In this document: positions 1-9,113 of the stretch, piece by piece
Numbering within the stretch: the first letter of the stretch is position 1
Layout: each line of letters begins with the position of its first letter
Source of the DNA: Thermoanaerobaculum sp.
GTDB lineage: Bacteria > Acidobacteriota > Thermoanaerobaculia > Multivoradales > UBA5704
DNA length: 64,000 nt
Reading direction: 5' to 3'
NCBI GenBank assembly: GCA_021154885.1
Contig: JAJKHS010000091.1
Location: 9,089-73,088 of the forward strand
Made by a program: the position numbers and the translations under genes
The notes under the pieces: generated by a model
Seen by the model: the letters and a program-made list of their open reading frames with translations, nothing else
Told to the model about the DNA's origin: nothing
The model's database searches: none

Positions 1-349
1 CGCCCACTCGCCCAACGGCATCACGGCCATGTTCATCGCCACCGGCCAGGACGTGGCCAACGTCTCCGAGTCGTCGGCGGGCATCGTCTACACCGAGCTG
101 ACGCCGGAGAAGGACCTGTACATCTCCTTCACCATCCCGTCGCTGATCGTCGCCACCCATGGCGGCGGCACGAACCTCGCCACCCAGCGCGAGTGCCTGG
201 AGATCCTCGGCTGCGCCGGCAAGGGCAAGGTGAAGAAGCTCGCCGAGATCATCGCCGGCGTGGTGCTGGCGGGCGAGCTGTCGCTGGCTTCCGCCATCTC
301 TTCCCTCGACTGGGTGTCGAGCCATGAGCAGTACGGGAGGAACCGGTAG
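1..349 (+). CDS. HMG-CoA reductase, C-terminal fragment (5-prime truncated by window edge)
   Basis: In-frame translation from nt 2 reads AHSPNGITAMFIATGQDVANVSESS...ELSLASAISSLDW, matching the conserved C-terminus of class I HMG-CoA reductase. Confidence 0.75.
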   Translation, partial: AHSPNGITAMFIATGQDVANVSESSAGIVYTELTPEKDLYISFTIPSLIVATHGGGTNLATQRECLEILGCAGKGKVKKLAEIIAGVVLAGELSLASAISSLDWVSSHEQYGRNR

Positions 350-373
350 GAGAAGAGGTAGACTCTGGAGGCG

Positions 374-2113
374 ATGCGGGCCGAACCCCAGGCGACCGAG
401 GTCGCCGCTCCCTCGACCGCGGCTCTGGCGCCCGTGCCCGCGCCGCCCCCCTCGTCGGCCGCGATTCCCGGTTTCGAGATGCTTTCGGACGCCCCCCCGC
501 AGGGGCTGGTCCGCCGCTTCATCACCACCCAGCGCCACCTGATCGCCCTGTTCCTCGGCGGCCTGGTGGCGCACGCGCGGCAGGGGCAGGCGCTCGGCCA
601 GGGGCGGCGCTTCCGCCTGCTGTTCAGCCTCGAGCGCCTCCTCGCCTGGCTGGTGCGGCCGTTCCTCGACAAGTCGATCGTCGGCCGGCCGTTCCCCGTG
701 CAGCTCCGGCGCCGGCTGGAGATCCTCGGACCCACCTACATCAAGCTGGGCCAGGTGCTCGCCCTGCGCCAGGACATCCTTCCGGAATCGATCACCGACG
801 AGCTCAAGAACCTGCTGGACCGGCTGCCGGTGGTCCCCTTCGAGCGCTACCTGGGGCTGATCGAAAAGGACGTCAAGCGGCCCATCGCGGAGATGTATTC
901 GTGGGTGGACCCCATCCCCACCGGCTCGGCGTCCATCGCCCAGATCCACCGCGCCACCACCTGCGAGGGGGACTCGGTGATCATCAAGGTGGTCAAGCCG
1001 GGGATCCGCGAAACGCTGAACCGCGACGCCGTCCTGCTGCGGCTGCTCGGGGCGATCCTCCAGACCCTGATCCCCCGCTACCGTCCCAAGCAGATGATCC
1101 GCGAGTTCGTGGAGTACACCCGCCGCGAGGTGGACCTGCGGCGAGAGGCGGACAACGCCGAGACCTTCACCGCCAATTTCCACGACCTGCCGGGCGTGGT
1201 CTTCCCCCGCATCTACCGCCAGTACAGCAGCAGCGGGGTGCTGTGCATGGAGTTCCTCAAGGGGTTCAAGCCCGGCTCGCCGGAGACCCTCGCCCTCTCG
1301 GACGAGGACCGCGACCGGCTGGTGGACCTCGGCGCCGCCAGCATCATCCGCATGCTCTTCCAGGATGGCTTCTTCCACGCCGACCTCCACCCGGGCAACC
1401 TGCTCATCCTGCCCGGGCCGCGGCTGGGGTTCATCGACCTCGGCATGGTGGGACGCTTCGACAGCGACCTGCGGCGCACCTTCCTCTACTACTACTACAC
1501 GCTGGTGATGGGGGACGCCGAGGGGGCGGCCCGCTACCTCGGCGCCATCGCCCAGCCGGGGCCGGGGGCCGACCCCGCCGGGTTCCGCCGCGAGGTCACC
1601 GAGGTCCTCCTGCGCTGGAACCGCAGCTCGAGCTTCCGCGAGTTCTCGCTCGCCCAGCTCATCATGCGCAGCGTCAACCTCGGGGCCCAGCACAACCTTT
1701 TCTTCCCGGTGGAGATGGTGCTGATGGTCAAGGCCCTGGTCACCTTCGAGGGGGTGGGGCAGATCCTCAAGCCGGGGCTCGACGTGGCCGCGGTGTCACA
1801 GGCCCACGCCAACGCCATCTTCCGCAACCAGTTCACCCCTCAGCATCTGTTCAAAGAGGTGCTGCGCGCCGGTCCCGAGGTGCTGGAGGCGCTGGCCAAG
1901 GCCCCGAGCCTCATCACCGAGGGGCTGCGCCTGCTGGAGCAGGCCACCCGGCGCTCGACGGAGAACCCGCTCGCCGGCATCCGCGGCACGCTCTTCGGCG
2001 GCTTCTGCATGGTGGCCGGCGCCGTGCTGGCCGGGGCGCGGGGGCCGTGGCCGGTGTGGGCCGTGCTCTTCGCGGTGGGCATCGGGGCGGCGCTGCACCG
2101 GGATCGGCGGTAG
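374..2113 (+). CDS. UbiB/ABC1 (ADCK) atypical kinase family protein
   Basis: LGPTYIKLGQVLALRQDILP motif and kinase-like core; GGAGG 6 nt upstream of ATG 374; low-complexity N-terminal 80 aa so true start could be later. Confidence 0.75.
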   Translation: MRAEPQATEVAAPSTAALAPVPAPPPSSAAIPGFEMLSDAPPQGLVRRFITTQRHLIALFLGGLVAHARQGQALGQGRRFRLLFSLERLLAWLVRPFLDKSIVGRPFPVQLRRRLEILGPTYIKLGQVLALRQDILPESITDELKNLLDRLPVVPFERYLGLIEKDVKRPIAEMYSWVDPIPTGSASIAQIHRATTCEGDSVIIKVVKPGIRETLNRDAVLLRLLGAILQTLIPRYRPKQMIREFVEYTRREVDLRREADNAETFTANFHDLPGVVFPRIYRQYSSSGVLCMEFLKGFKPGSPETLALSDEDRDRLVDLGAASIIRMLFQDGFFHADLHPGNLLILPGPRLGFIDLGMVGRFDSDLRRTFLYYYYTLVMGDAEGAARYLGAIAQPGPGADPAGFRREVTEVLLRWNRSSSFREFSLAQLIMRSVNLGAQHNLFFPVEMVLMVKALVTFEGVGQILKPGLDVAAVSQAHANAIFRNQFTPQHLFKEVLRAGPEVLEALAKAPSLITEGLRLLEQATRRSTENPLAGIRGTLFGGFCMVAGAVLAGARGPWPVWAVLFAVGIGAALHRDRR

Positions 2114-2138
2114 GGGAACGACCGGCGAGCCCGGCGCC

Positions 2139-3074
2139 CTAGGCCCGTGCCGCCTCCGCGAGCTCCCCTTTCACGCAGGAGGAGCGCGCCCGGTCCGAGC
2201 GGAAGGCGCCCGGCGTCAGGCCCACGAAACGCTTGAACTCGCGGGTGAAGTGGCTCTGGTCGGCGAAACCGGTATCCGCCGCCACCGCCCGCAGGGGCCG
2301 GCCTTGGTGGAGGAGAATCTTCGCCCGCGCGATGCGCACCTGCGTCTGGAAGGCGTGGGGGGACATGCCCACCTCGCGGGTGAACACCCGGTGGAGGTGG
2401 AAGGGGCTCAGGTTCGCCACCCGCGAGAGGTCCTCCAGCGCCACGTTCTCGGCGTAGCGCTGGATCAGGTACTCCCGGACCCGGCGGATGCCCAGGCGCT
2501 CCTCGCGGCCGTAGCCCTCGTGACAGCGCGTCTCGGAGGTCCGCCGGAACATCTCCTCCAGCAACCGCAGCAGCAGCGCGTCCCCCGTCAGCCGCGACGG
2601 CAGTTCCTCCAGCCGCGCATGGGTCGCCACGAACAGCCGGAACAGCTCCCGGTCCCGCACCACCGGCTCGCGCAGCGAGAAAGCCCGCTCGCCGCGGCCG
2701 CACACGCGGGCGACCAGCTCCGGCGCCACGTTCAGCGTCCGGTAGGTGCAGCCGGCGGGCGTGGCATGGCGGTTCGTATGCACCTCCCCCGGCGGTACGA
2801 AGAGGAGCGAGCCCTCCGGCGTCGGGTGCTCGCGGCCGCGGAAGGCCAGATACCCGGGCCCCTCCTCCAGGGCCGAGACCTGGATCTCCTCGTGCCAGTG
2901 CCAGGGATAGACGTGGGTCACCCCGATCCCCCGCGACATCTCGACCCTGCCGCCCAACTGGGAGGTGTACCAGAATTTGATGAAGTTTTCTGCTTGCGGC
3001 GCCATGGATGTCAGACCCTCTGCAGATTCTCTGCACATCTCGTTTATGCCATAACAGCGTAGCCCTACACCCAC
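2139..3074 (-). CDS. AraC family transcriptional regulator with N-terminal cupin-like domain
   Basis: C-terminal HTH segment LSPFHLHRVFTREVGMSPHAFQTQVRIARAKILL...FTREFKRFVGLTPGAFRS typical of AraC/XylS. Confidence 0.8.
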   Translation of the reverse strand: MGVGLRCYGINEMCRESAEGLTSMAPQAENFIKFWYTSQLGGRVEMSRGIGVTHVYPWHWHEEIQVSALEEGPGYLAFRGREHPTPEGSLLFVPPGEVHTNRHATPAGCTYRTLNVAPELVARVCGRGERAFSLREPVVRDRELFRLFVATHARLEELPSRLTGDALLLRLLEEMFRRTSETRCHEGYGREERLGIRRVREYLIQRYAENVALEDLSRVANLSPFHLHRVFTREVGMSPHAFQTQVRIARAKILLHQGRPLRAVAADTGFADQSHFTREFKRFVGLTPGAFRSDRARSSCVKGELAEAARA

Positions 3075-3222
3075 GGCCTGTCTTGCACAGTCTTGCTATC
3101 TTGCGGGGAACCCCCCAATCAAGTGTACTGTTGCCGTGATACACTAGGCAAAGCAGGAACCCAAGAGGACCCGCGAGGGTCTGAAGTAGCAGGACGAACC
3201 GAGAGAGCTCGAGGAGGAGACG

Positions 3223-6200
3223 ATGAGCCCTATGAAGAGGTGCATGCTGTTCGTGAGTCTGCTGGTGGTCTTTTGTACAGGGGGCGCGGTCGCCGGGTGG
3301 GCGCAGCCGGCGGCGATGGTGGCGGACATCAACACCACCCAGGAAGATGTCGTCAACTGGTTCTTCACCTATCCGGGGTTCGTCCAGGTGGGGACGAACG
3401 TCCTCTTCATTCACGACGACGGCATCCACGGCCTGGAGCTGTGGCGCACGGACGGCACCGCCGCCGGCACCGCCCTGGTGAAGGACATCTGTCCGGGCGC
3501 CTGCTGGGCGATGATCCATACCTTCGCGGTCTGGAACGGCGTCCTCTACTTCGGCGCCGACGACGGCGTCCACGGCCAGGAGCTGTGGAAGAGCGACGGC
3601 ACGGCCGCGGGCACGACCCTGGTGGCGGATGTCAACCCCGGTCTCCCGAGCGGTTTCAGAAATGTCCTCGTGGCCGGCGGCAAGCTCTACCTGACCGCCG
3701 ACGACGGCGTCCACGGTGTCGAGCTGTGGACGACGGACGGCACGGCCGCCGGCACCGTCCTCGTCAAGGACATCAACCCCGGGCCGGCGGGCTCGCTGCC
3801 GCGCCTCTGGCTGGACACGGGCGGCAGGCTGCTGCTCAACGCCGACGACGGCGTCCACGGCCAGGAGCCCTGGATGTCCGACGGCACGGCGGCGGGCACG
3901 ACGCTGCTCGCGGACGTCAACCCGGGGGCCGGCTCCTCGAGCCCGCCCTTCTCCTCGGCCTGGGAGGATGCCGCCGTCCTGCCGGGTGGCCGCTTCGTGT
4001 TCCAGGCCGACGACGGCAGCCACGGCGCAGAGCTGTGGATCTCCGACGGCACTCCGGCGGGCACCGCTCTGGTCCAGGACGTCAATCCGGGTCCGGACGC
4101 CTCCGCCCCCTTTAACCTGCTGCCCTTCGCCGGCCGCGTCCTGTTCCGCGCCTGCGATGCCACGCACGGTTTCGAGCTGTGGGCCACGGACGGCACCGCG
4201 GCCGGCACCGTCCTCGTCAAGGACATTGCGCCGGGGCCGTTCGGCTCCGCCCCCTTGCAGCTCACGCCCTTCGGCGGCCAGGTCTACTTCGAGGCCGACG
4301 ACAGCACCTCCGGCCGGGAGCTCTGGCGCACCGACGGTACGGCCGCCGGCACCGTCCTCGTCAAGGACATCAACCCCGGACCCGCGGGAGGGTTCACGTT
4401 CGTTTTCCGCTACCCGATCACGGCCCTGGACAGCGCCCTGTATTTCTTCGCCGACGACGGCGTGCACGGCGCCGAGTTGTGGAAAAGCGACGGCACCGCG
4501 GCCGGCACGACGCTGGTAAAGGACATCTACCCCGGGAACGTCGGCGGCTTCGCTCTGGGCTTTGCCGGCATGGCCACCCTGGACGGACGGCTGTTCTTCG
4601 AAGCCATCGCCGCCGACGGTATCGAGCCCTGGGTGAGCGACGGCACGGACGCGGGCACGGTCGAGGTCAAGAACGTCTCCGCCGTGGCTTCGGGCCTGCC
4701 GGTCTTCAACGGCTTCCTGAACGGATCGATCCAGGACCTCGGCAACGGGCGGCTGGTGTTCCCGGGGCCCTTCGGCCTCACCGCGCCCGTACCCTGGGGA
4801 ACCGACGGCACGGCCGCAGGGACCCAGCCGCTCTCGCCGGGGGACGACTTCGGCTGGTATCTTCCCTTCCGCTTCGGCGCCCAGACGCTCCTGGGGGGCA
4901 ACGGGCTGTGGACCACGGACGGCACGCCCGGCGGCACGGCGCGCGTCGTGCCGCAGACGACGCTCGGCAGCGCCTCGGGCTTCGTCGCGGCTCTGGGCGC
5001 CGTCTACTTCTCCGGCGGCAACTCCTTGTGGATGACCGATGGCACGGCCGCCGGCACCGCCATGATCCAGAATCTGGGTCCCAACGCCAACGCCACGGTG
5101 CTCGGCGCGCTCGGCTCGTCCGTCTTCTTCAGCGCCTCTTCCAGCACCTTCGGCCAGGAGCTGTACCGGTCCACGGGCGTCAACTCGGTCTTCTTCCTGG
5201 GCGACCTCAATCCCGGCACCGGAAGCTCCTACCCGGCTTCCTTCACCCCTCTCGGCTCCGTCGCCGTGTTCACCGCCGACGGCGGCACCGCGACCGGGCA
5301 GGAGCTCTTCGTGACCGACGGCACTCAGGGCGGCACCGGCCTGCTCAAGGACGTTCAGCCGGGAGCCGGCTCGTCCCATCCCACCTCGCTGCTGCGGCTC
5401 GGCGGCTCCGTCCTCTTCGTGGCCGACGACGGCGCCACGGGCCTCGAGCTGTGGCGCACGGACGGCACCACGGCCGGCACCGTCCAGGTGAAGGACGTCA
5501 ATCCCGGCCCCGGCGCCGGCATCCAATTCATTCCGAGCTCCGGCCTGGCGCTGACGCCGATGGGCAACGCCGTCTACTTCGTGGCCGACGACGGCACTTC
5601 CGGCCGCGAGTTGTGGAAGAGCGATGGCACGGCGGCCGGCACCGTGCGGGTCAAGGACATCCGACCGGGATCAGCCTCCTCGGACGTCGACCTCCTCACC
5701 GTGGCGGGCAACCGCCTCTTCTTCGTCGCCGACGACGGCGTCCACGGCCGCGAGCTGTGGGTGAGCGACGGCACCGGCGCGGGGACCCGGATGACGCGGG
5801 ACGCCGCGCCGGGCCCGGGCTCGCCCGCCATCCAGGGTCTCACCGCTCTCGGCTTCCACGTCCTCTTCTCCGCCGACGACGGCGTGCACGGCCGCGAGCT
5901 GTGGCGCAGCAACGGCGGCCCGGCCGGCACCTTCCAGGTACAGGACATCGCCCCCGGCGCCGCGCCTTCGACCCCCACCGGCTTCGCGGCCTCCGGCGAT
6001 GGCGTCTACTTCGCGGCCAATGACAACCTGGCGGGCTTCGAGCTGTGGCGGGCGCCGCGGGCGGCCCTGATGACCACCTTCTCCGACGTGCCGCTCACGC
6101 ACTGGGCCTGGCAGTTCATCGAAGCGGTGGCCGGCGCCGGCCTCACCCAGGGGTGCGGTGCCGGGCAATACTGCCCGTCCCAGACGGTGAGCCGGGCGGA

Positions 6201-6630
6201 GACGGCCGTCTTCCTGACCCGGGGTCTCCACGGTTCCGGCTTCACCCCGCCGCCGGCCACCGGCACCCGCTTCCAGGACGTCCCGGCGAGCTACTGGGCG
6301 GCGGATTTCATTGAACAGCTCGCGGCCGACGGCATCACCAACGGCTGCGGCGCTTCGCGGTTCTGCCCCGACTCCCTGCTCGATCGGGCCGAGGCGGCCA
6401 TCTTCCTCCTGCGCTCGCGGCACGGCGCGAGCTACGCACCACCGCCAGCCACCGGCACCCGGTTCCAGGACGTCCCTCCCGGCTACTGGGCCGGCGACTG
6501 GATCGAGCAGCTCGCCGCCGAGGGGATCTCCAACGGCTGCGCCGCCAACCGCTTCTGCCCGGAGGACCCCGTCAGCCGCGACCAGATGGCCGTCTTCCTG
6601 GCGCGGACTTTCAATCTGCCGTTGCCATGA
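3223..6630 (+). CDS. Secreted ELWxxDGT-repeat protein (about 19 repeats) with three C-terminal SLH-like domains
   Basis: Signal peptide MSPMKRCMLFVSLLVVFCTGGAVAGWAQP; recurring DDGVHGxELWxTDGTAAGTxLVKDINPG units every 45-55 aa; C-terminal triplicate FxDVPxxxWAxxFIExLAxxGITxGC...RAExAxFL blocks resembling S-layer homology domains; strong SD before ATG. Confidence 0.8.
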   Translation: MSPMKRCMLFVSLLVVFCTGGAVAGWAQPAAMVADINTTQEDVVNWFFTYPGFVQVGTNVLFIHDDGIHGLELWRTDGTAAGTALVKDICPGACWAMIHTFAVWNGVLYFGADDGVHGQELWKSDGTAAGTTLVADVNPGLPSGFRNVLVAGGKLYLTADDGVHGVELWTTDGTAAGTVLVKDINPGPAGSLPRLWLDTGGRLLLNADDGVHGQEPWMSDGTAAGTTLLADVNPGAGSSSPPFSSAWEDAAVLPGGRFVFQADDGSHGAELWISDGTPAGTALVQDVNPGPDASAPFNLLPFAGRVLFRACDATHGFELWATDGTAAGTVLVKDIAPGPFGSAPLQLTPFGGQVYFEADDSTSGRELWRTDGTAAGTVLVKDINPGPAGGFTFVFRYPITALDSALYFFADDGVHGAELWKSDGTAAGTTLVKDIYPGNVGGFALGFAGMATLDGRLFFEAIAADGIEPWVSDGTDAGTVEVKNVSAVASGLPVFNGFLNGSIQDLGNGRLVFPGPFGLTAPVPWGTDGTAAGTQPLSPGDDFGWYLPFRFGAQTLLGGNGLWTTDGTPGGTARVVPQTTLGSASGFVAALGAVYFSGGNSLWMTDGTAAGTAMIQNLGPNANATVLGALGSSVFFSASSSTFGQELYRSTGVNSVFFLGDLNPGTGSSYPASFTPLGSVAVFTADGGTATGQELFVTDGTQGGTGLLKDVQPGAGSSHPTSLLRLGGSVLFVADDGATGLELWRTDGTTAGTVQVKDVNPGPGAGIQFIPSSGLALTPMGNAVYFVADDGTSGRELWKSDGTAAGTVRVKDIRPGSASSDVDLLTVAGNRLFFVADDGVHGRELWVSDGTGAGTRMTRDAAPGPGSPAIQGLTALGFHVLFSADDGVHGRELWRSNGGPAGTFQVQDIAPGAAPSTPTGFAASGDGVYFAANDNLAGFELWRAPRAALMTTFSDVPLTHWAWQFIEAVAGAGLTQGCGAGQYCPSQTVSRAETAVFLTRGLHGSGFTPPPATGTRFQDVPASYWAADFIEQLAADGITNGCGASRFCPDSLLDRAEAAIFLLRSRHGASYAPPPATGTRFQDVPPGYWAGDWIEQLAAEGISNGCAANRFCPEDPVSRDQMAVFLARTFNLPLP

Positions 6631-6643
6631 GTGTCAGTGAACG

Positions 6644-7957
6644 TCAGTGAACCGTGAAAGGCTCCCCGAGCGGCGCGACCGCGGAGGGAGCCACCACCGG
6701 GCCGTCCTCCTCCTTCTCCTTCTGAGCCAGCAACCGTTCCAGCCGGTTGAGGGCATCGTCCAGCCGGCGGACCGTGGGGTTGGCCGAGGTGGCCACCTTC
6801 ACCCGGTCGCGGTCGAGCTTCACCTGCTCCCAGAGGTTCCGCTTCTCCGTGAGCACGTCCCGCCGCAGGGTGACGCCGTGGCGGGCGAGGACCGGTGCGA
6901 GCTGGTCGTAGCGCTCCAACAGGTCGCGGCGGGTGGCCTCGTAAGCGTACTCGCAGACCGCCTGGCGCTCGGCGAAGCCGAAGATGTTGGTGAAGAACAT
7001 CAGGTAATCGTCGCGCCTGGGCTCGATCAGCACCACGTCCGAGTCCTTGAACCGGGTGTCGTAGGCCGCCATGCCCACCTCCAGCCGCGAGTGGACCATG
7101 GTGCGGAAGGTCTGTGACAGCACGGTCGGCAGCCCCAGGTCGAAGAGTTTCGACTTCTTCATCATCCTCGCCTCGACGGCGTGGACGGTGTCCACGGGGA
7201 CGATCGGGTTGACGCAGATCAACAGATCGGCTCCCGCTTCCAGTGCCACCGAGGCGTGGAGGGTCTTGAGCAGCACGCCGTCGACGTAATGGCGGCCGTC
7301 GATCTCCACCGGCGAGTACAGCCCGGGGAGAGCGCCGCTCGCCTGCACGGCCTTCGAGATGGGGACATGGTCCAGCCCCGGCTCGCCGAAGCGGGCCGCC
7401 TGCCCCGAATCGAGGTCCGTCGCCACCACCACCAGGCGCTTGCCAAGCTTGCGGAAGTCGTCGGTGCGGCCCTTGAGGTTGTAGATCTTCTGCAGATAGG
7501 CGCGGATCGGCTCGTTGTCGAAGATCCCTACGGGCAGGGCCCGCGACAGCCGCAGGAGCGATTCGAGCAGGCTGCGGTCACCGAGGCGGGAGAGCCAGTC
7601 CCACAGCGCCTCGGCCACCAGCCGGGGCACCTTGCCGGTATTGCGCAGGTAGGACTTCCAGTGCGGAGTGAAAAAGGTTTCGGGGATGAACGGGTGCTCG
7701 CCGGGCTCGGGGGAGACGATGGCGCGGCACATCTGCGCCGTCGTCAGGTCGTTGGCGAGGTTGGCGCAGAGGAAGGCTCCCGCGCTCACCCCCACGTAGA
7801 TGAACAGGTTGTTGAAGTCGACGCCGTCCAAGGCTTCGTCGAGGGCCCGGAGGGCGCCGATCTCGTAGATGGCGCCCTCCGGCGCTCCCGTGGCGAGCGC
7901 CAGTCCGATCCTGGGGGAGCGGACCTGGGTGTGGGTACCTGTGCCGCTGCGCTCCAC
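6644..7957 (-). CDS. Patatin-like phospholipase family protein
   Basis: N-terminal GLALATGAPEGAIYEIGALRAL oxyanion-hole region and GVSAG serine nucleophile motif (GxSxG). Confidence 0.75.
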   Translation of the reverse strand: MERSGTGTHTQVRSPRIGLALATGAPEGAIYEIGALRALDEALDGVDFNNLFIYVGVSAGAFLCANLANDLTTAQMCRAIVSPEPGEHPFIPETFFTPHWKSYLRNTGKVPRLVAEALWDWLSRLGDRSLLESLLRLSRALPVGIFDNEPIRAYLQKIYNLKGRTDDFRKLGKRLVVVATDLDSGQAARFGEPGLDHVPISKAVQASGALPGLYSPVEIDGRHYVDGVLLKTLHASVALEAGADLLICVNPIVPVDTVHAVEARMMKKSKLFDLGLPTVLSQTFRTMVHSRLEVGMAAYDTRFKDSDVVLIEPRRDDYLMFFTNIFGFAERQAVCEYAYEATRRDLLERYDQLAPVLARHGVTLRRDVLTEKRNLWEQVKLDRDRVKVATSANPTVRRLDDALNRLERLLAQKEKEEDGPVVAPSAVAPLGEPFTVH

Positions 7958-7970
7958 CCGAATCCTCCCG

Positions 7971-8423
7971 TTAGACGACGATCTTGGACGGGTCCGTGGC
8001 CTCCGGTGAGCCGGGGGTCACGATCGGCGACGCCGGAGTCACCCGCGGCTTCAGCGTCTCGATCTTGGCGTTCAGCTCCTCGACCCGCAGCGTCAGGTTG
8101 CGGATCTCGTCGCGGGTGGGCACGCCCAGGCGATTGAGGGCGGAGCTCAGCTTCTCGTCGAGCTTGTCACCCCAGTTCTCGAAGGCGGACTCGGCCTTGG
8201 CCTTGGCCTTGTCGACCTCGACCCGGACCTTCTCGTTCACCTTGTCCACCTCGACCTTGCCCTTGGCCTCCACGTCGCGGCCACGATCCACCAGCCGGCT
8301 GAAGAGCTTCGAGCCCTCCTCCTCGGCCGCGGCCAGGGCGCCGAGCCCGGCCAGCCAGATGCGGTGCACAGAATCCTTGAGCTCGTCCTGCACGTTCTTC
8401 TCGGTACCGGTCGTTGTTTCCAT
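7971..8423 (-). CDS. Phasin family protein (PHA granule-associated)
   Basis: RIWLAGLGALAAAEEEGSKLFSRLVDRG N-terminal motif and K/E-rich coiled C-terminus typical of TIGR01837-type phasins; sits next to phaR. Confidence 0.7.
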   Translation of the reverse strand: METTTGTEKNVQDELKDSVHRIWLAGLGALAAAEEEGSKLFSRLVDRGRDVEAKGKVEVDKVNEKVRVEVDKAKAKAESAFENWGDKLDEKLSSALNRLGVPTRDEIRNLTLRVEELNAKIETLKPRVTPASPIVTPGSPEATDPSKIVV

Positions 8424-8494
8424 GGCTTACCCCTTTTTGGTGCCGCGCGCTTTCGCGGTGGCGGCCTTCACGGTTTTCACGGTTTGAGTCTCGC

Positions 8495-8980
8495 TCACTT
8501 GACGTCACCTTCCTTGACAATCACCACGTGCGGGCGCTCCGCGGACCGGCCGTTCTTCGGCTCCACGGTCGCCACCGCAAGGTCTTCCCTCTCGAGCTCC
8601 GCGAGCGACGACTCGAGCTGCTCGAGCCGCGCCCTGAGGCTCGACATCTCCTCACGCGCCTTGCGTACCGGCCCCAGGCGGTCGATGAGCCGGTCGACAC
8701 CGTGCTGCACCTGCTCCATGCCGTTGGAAACCGCGCGCTCGCCCAGGCGGACCAGGTCGTGCAGCAGCTCGCTCGGCAGGAAGGAGGTGCCCTTGCGCCC
8801 CTCCTCGAGGATGATCTGGGTCAAGGTCTGAGAGGTGACGTCGTTGTTGGTCGCGTTGTCCACCACCCGCACCTCCTGGCCCTGCCGGATCCAGGCGGAG
8901 ATCTCGTCCAGCGAGACGTACCGGCTCTCCTCGGTGTCATACAGTTTTCGGCTTTCGTAACGCTTGATGAGCCGGATCAT
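8495..8980 (-). CDS. phaR: Polyhydroxyalkanoate synthesis repressor PhaR
   Basis: MIRLIKRYESRKLYDTEESRYVSLDEISAWIRQGQEVRVVDNATNNDVTSQTLTQIILEE matches the PhaR DNA-binding domain almost position by position. Confidence 0.85.
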   Translation of the reverse strand: MIRLIKRYESRKLYDTEESRYVSLDEISAWIRQGQEVRVVDNATNNDVTSQTLTQIILEEGRKGTSFLPSELLHDLVRLGERAVSNGMEQVQHGVDRLIDRLGPVRKAREEMSSLRARLEQLESSLAELEREDLAVATVEPKNGRSAERPHVVIVKEGDVK

Positions 8981-9113
8981 TGGCTTCTCCTTCTTAGGGG
9001 TCGCGGCAATCCCGGGCTGCCGCGCCGAGAGAAACTTTACCGCAGTGCGGCATAGCGTGTCAAGAGATTTGTGACGCGGTGCGGCAAGAGCATCCCTTCG
9101 TGGATCAGGACGC

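Noticed and set aside
1840-5526. 1228-aa ORF on the minus strand
   Set aside because: Antisense to the well-supported ELWxxDGT/AraC/UbiB genes; Ala/Gly/Arg/Pro-rich low-complexity translation typical of open antisense frames in high-GC DNA.
8981-9113. Possible PhaR operator (near-palindrome GCCGCACTGCGG area) upstream of phaR
   Set aside because: I cannot recall a reliable PhaR consensus to compare against, and the palindrome is short and GC-rich, so it could be chance.
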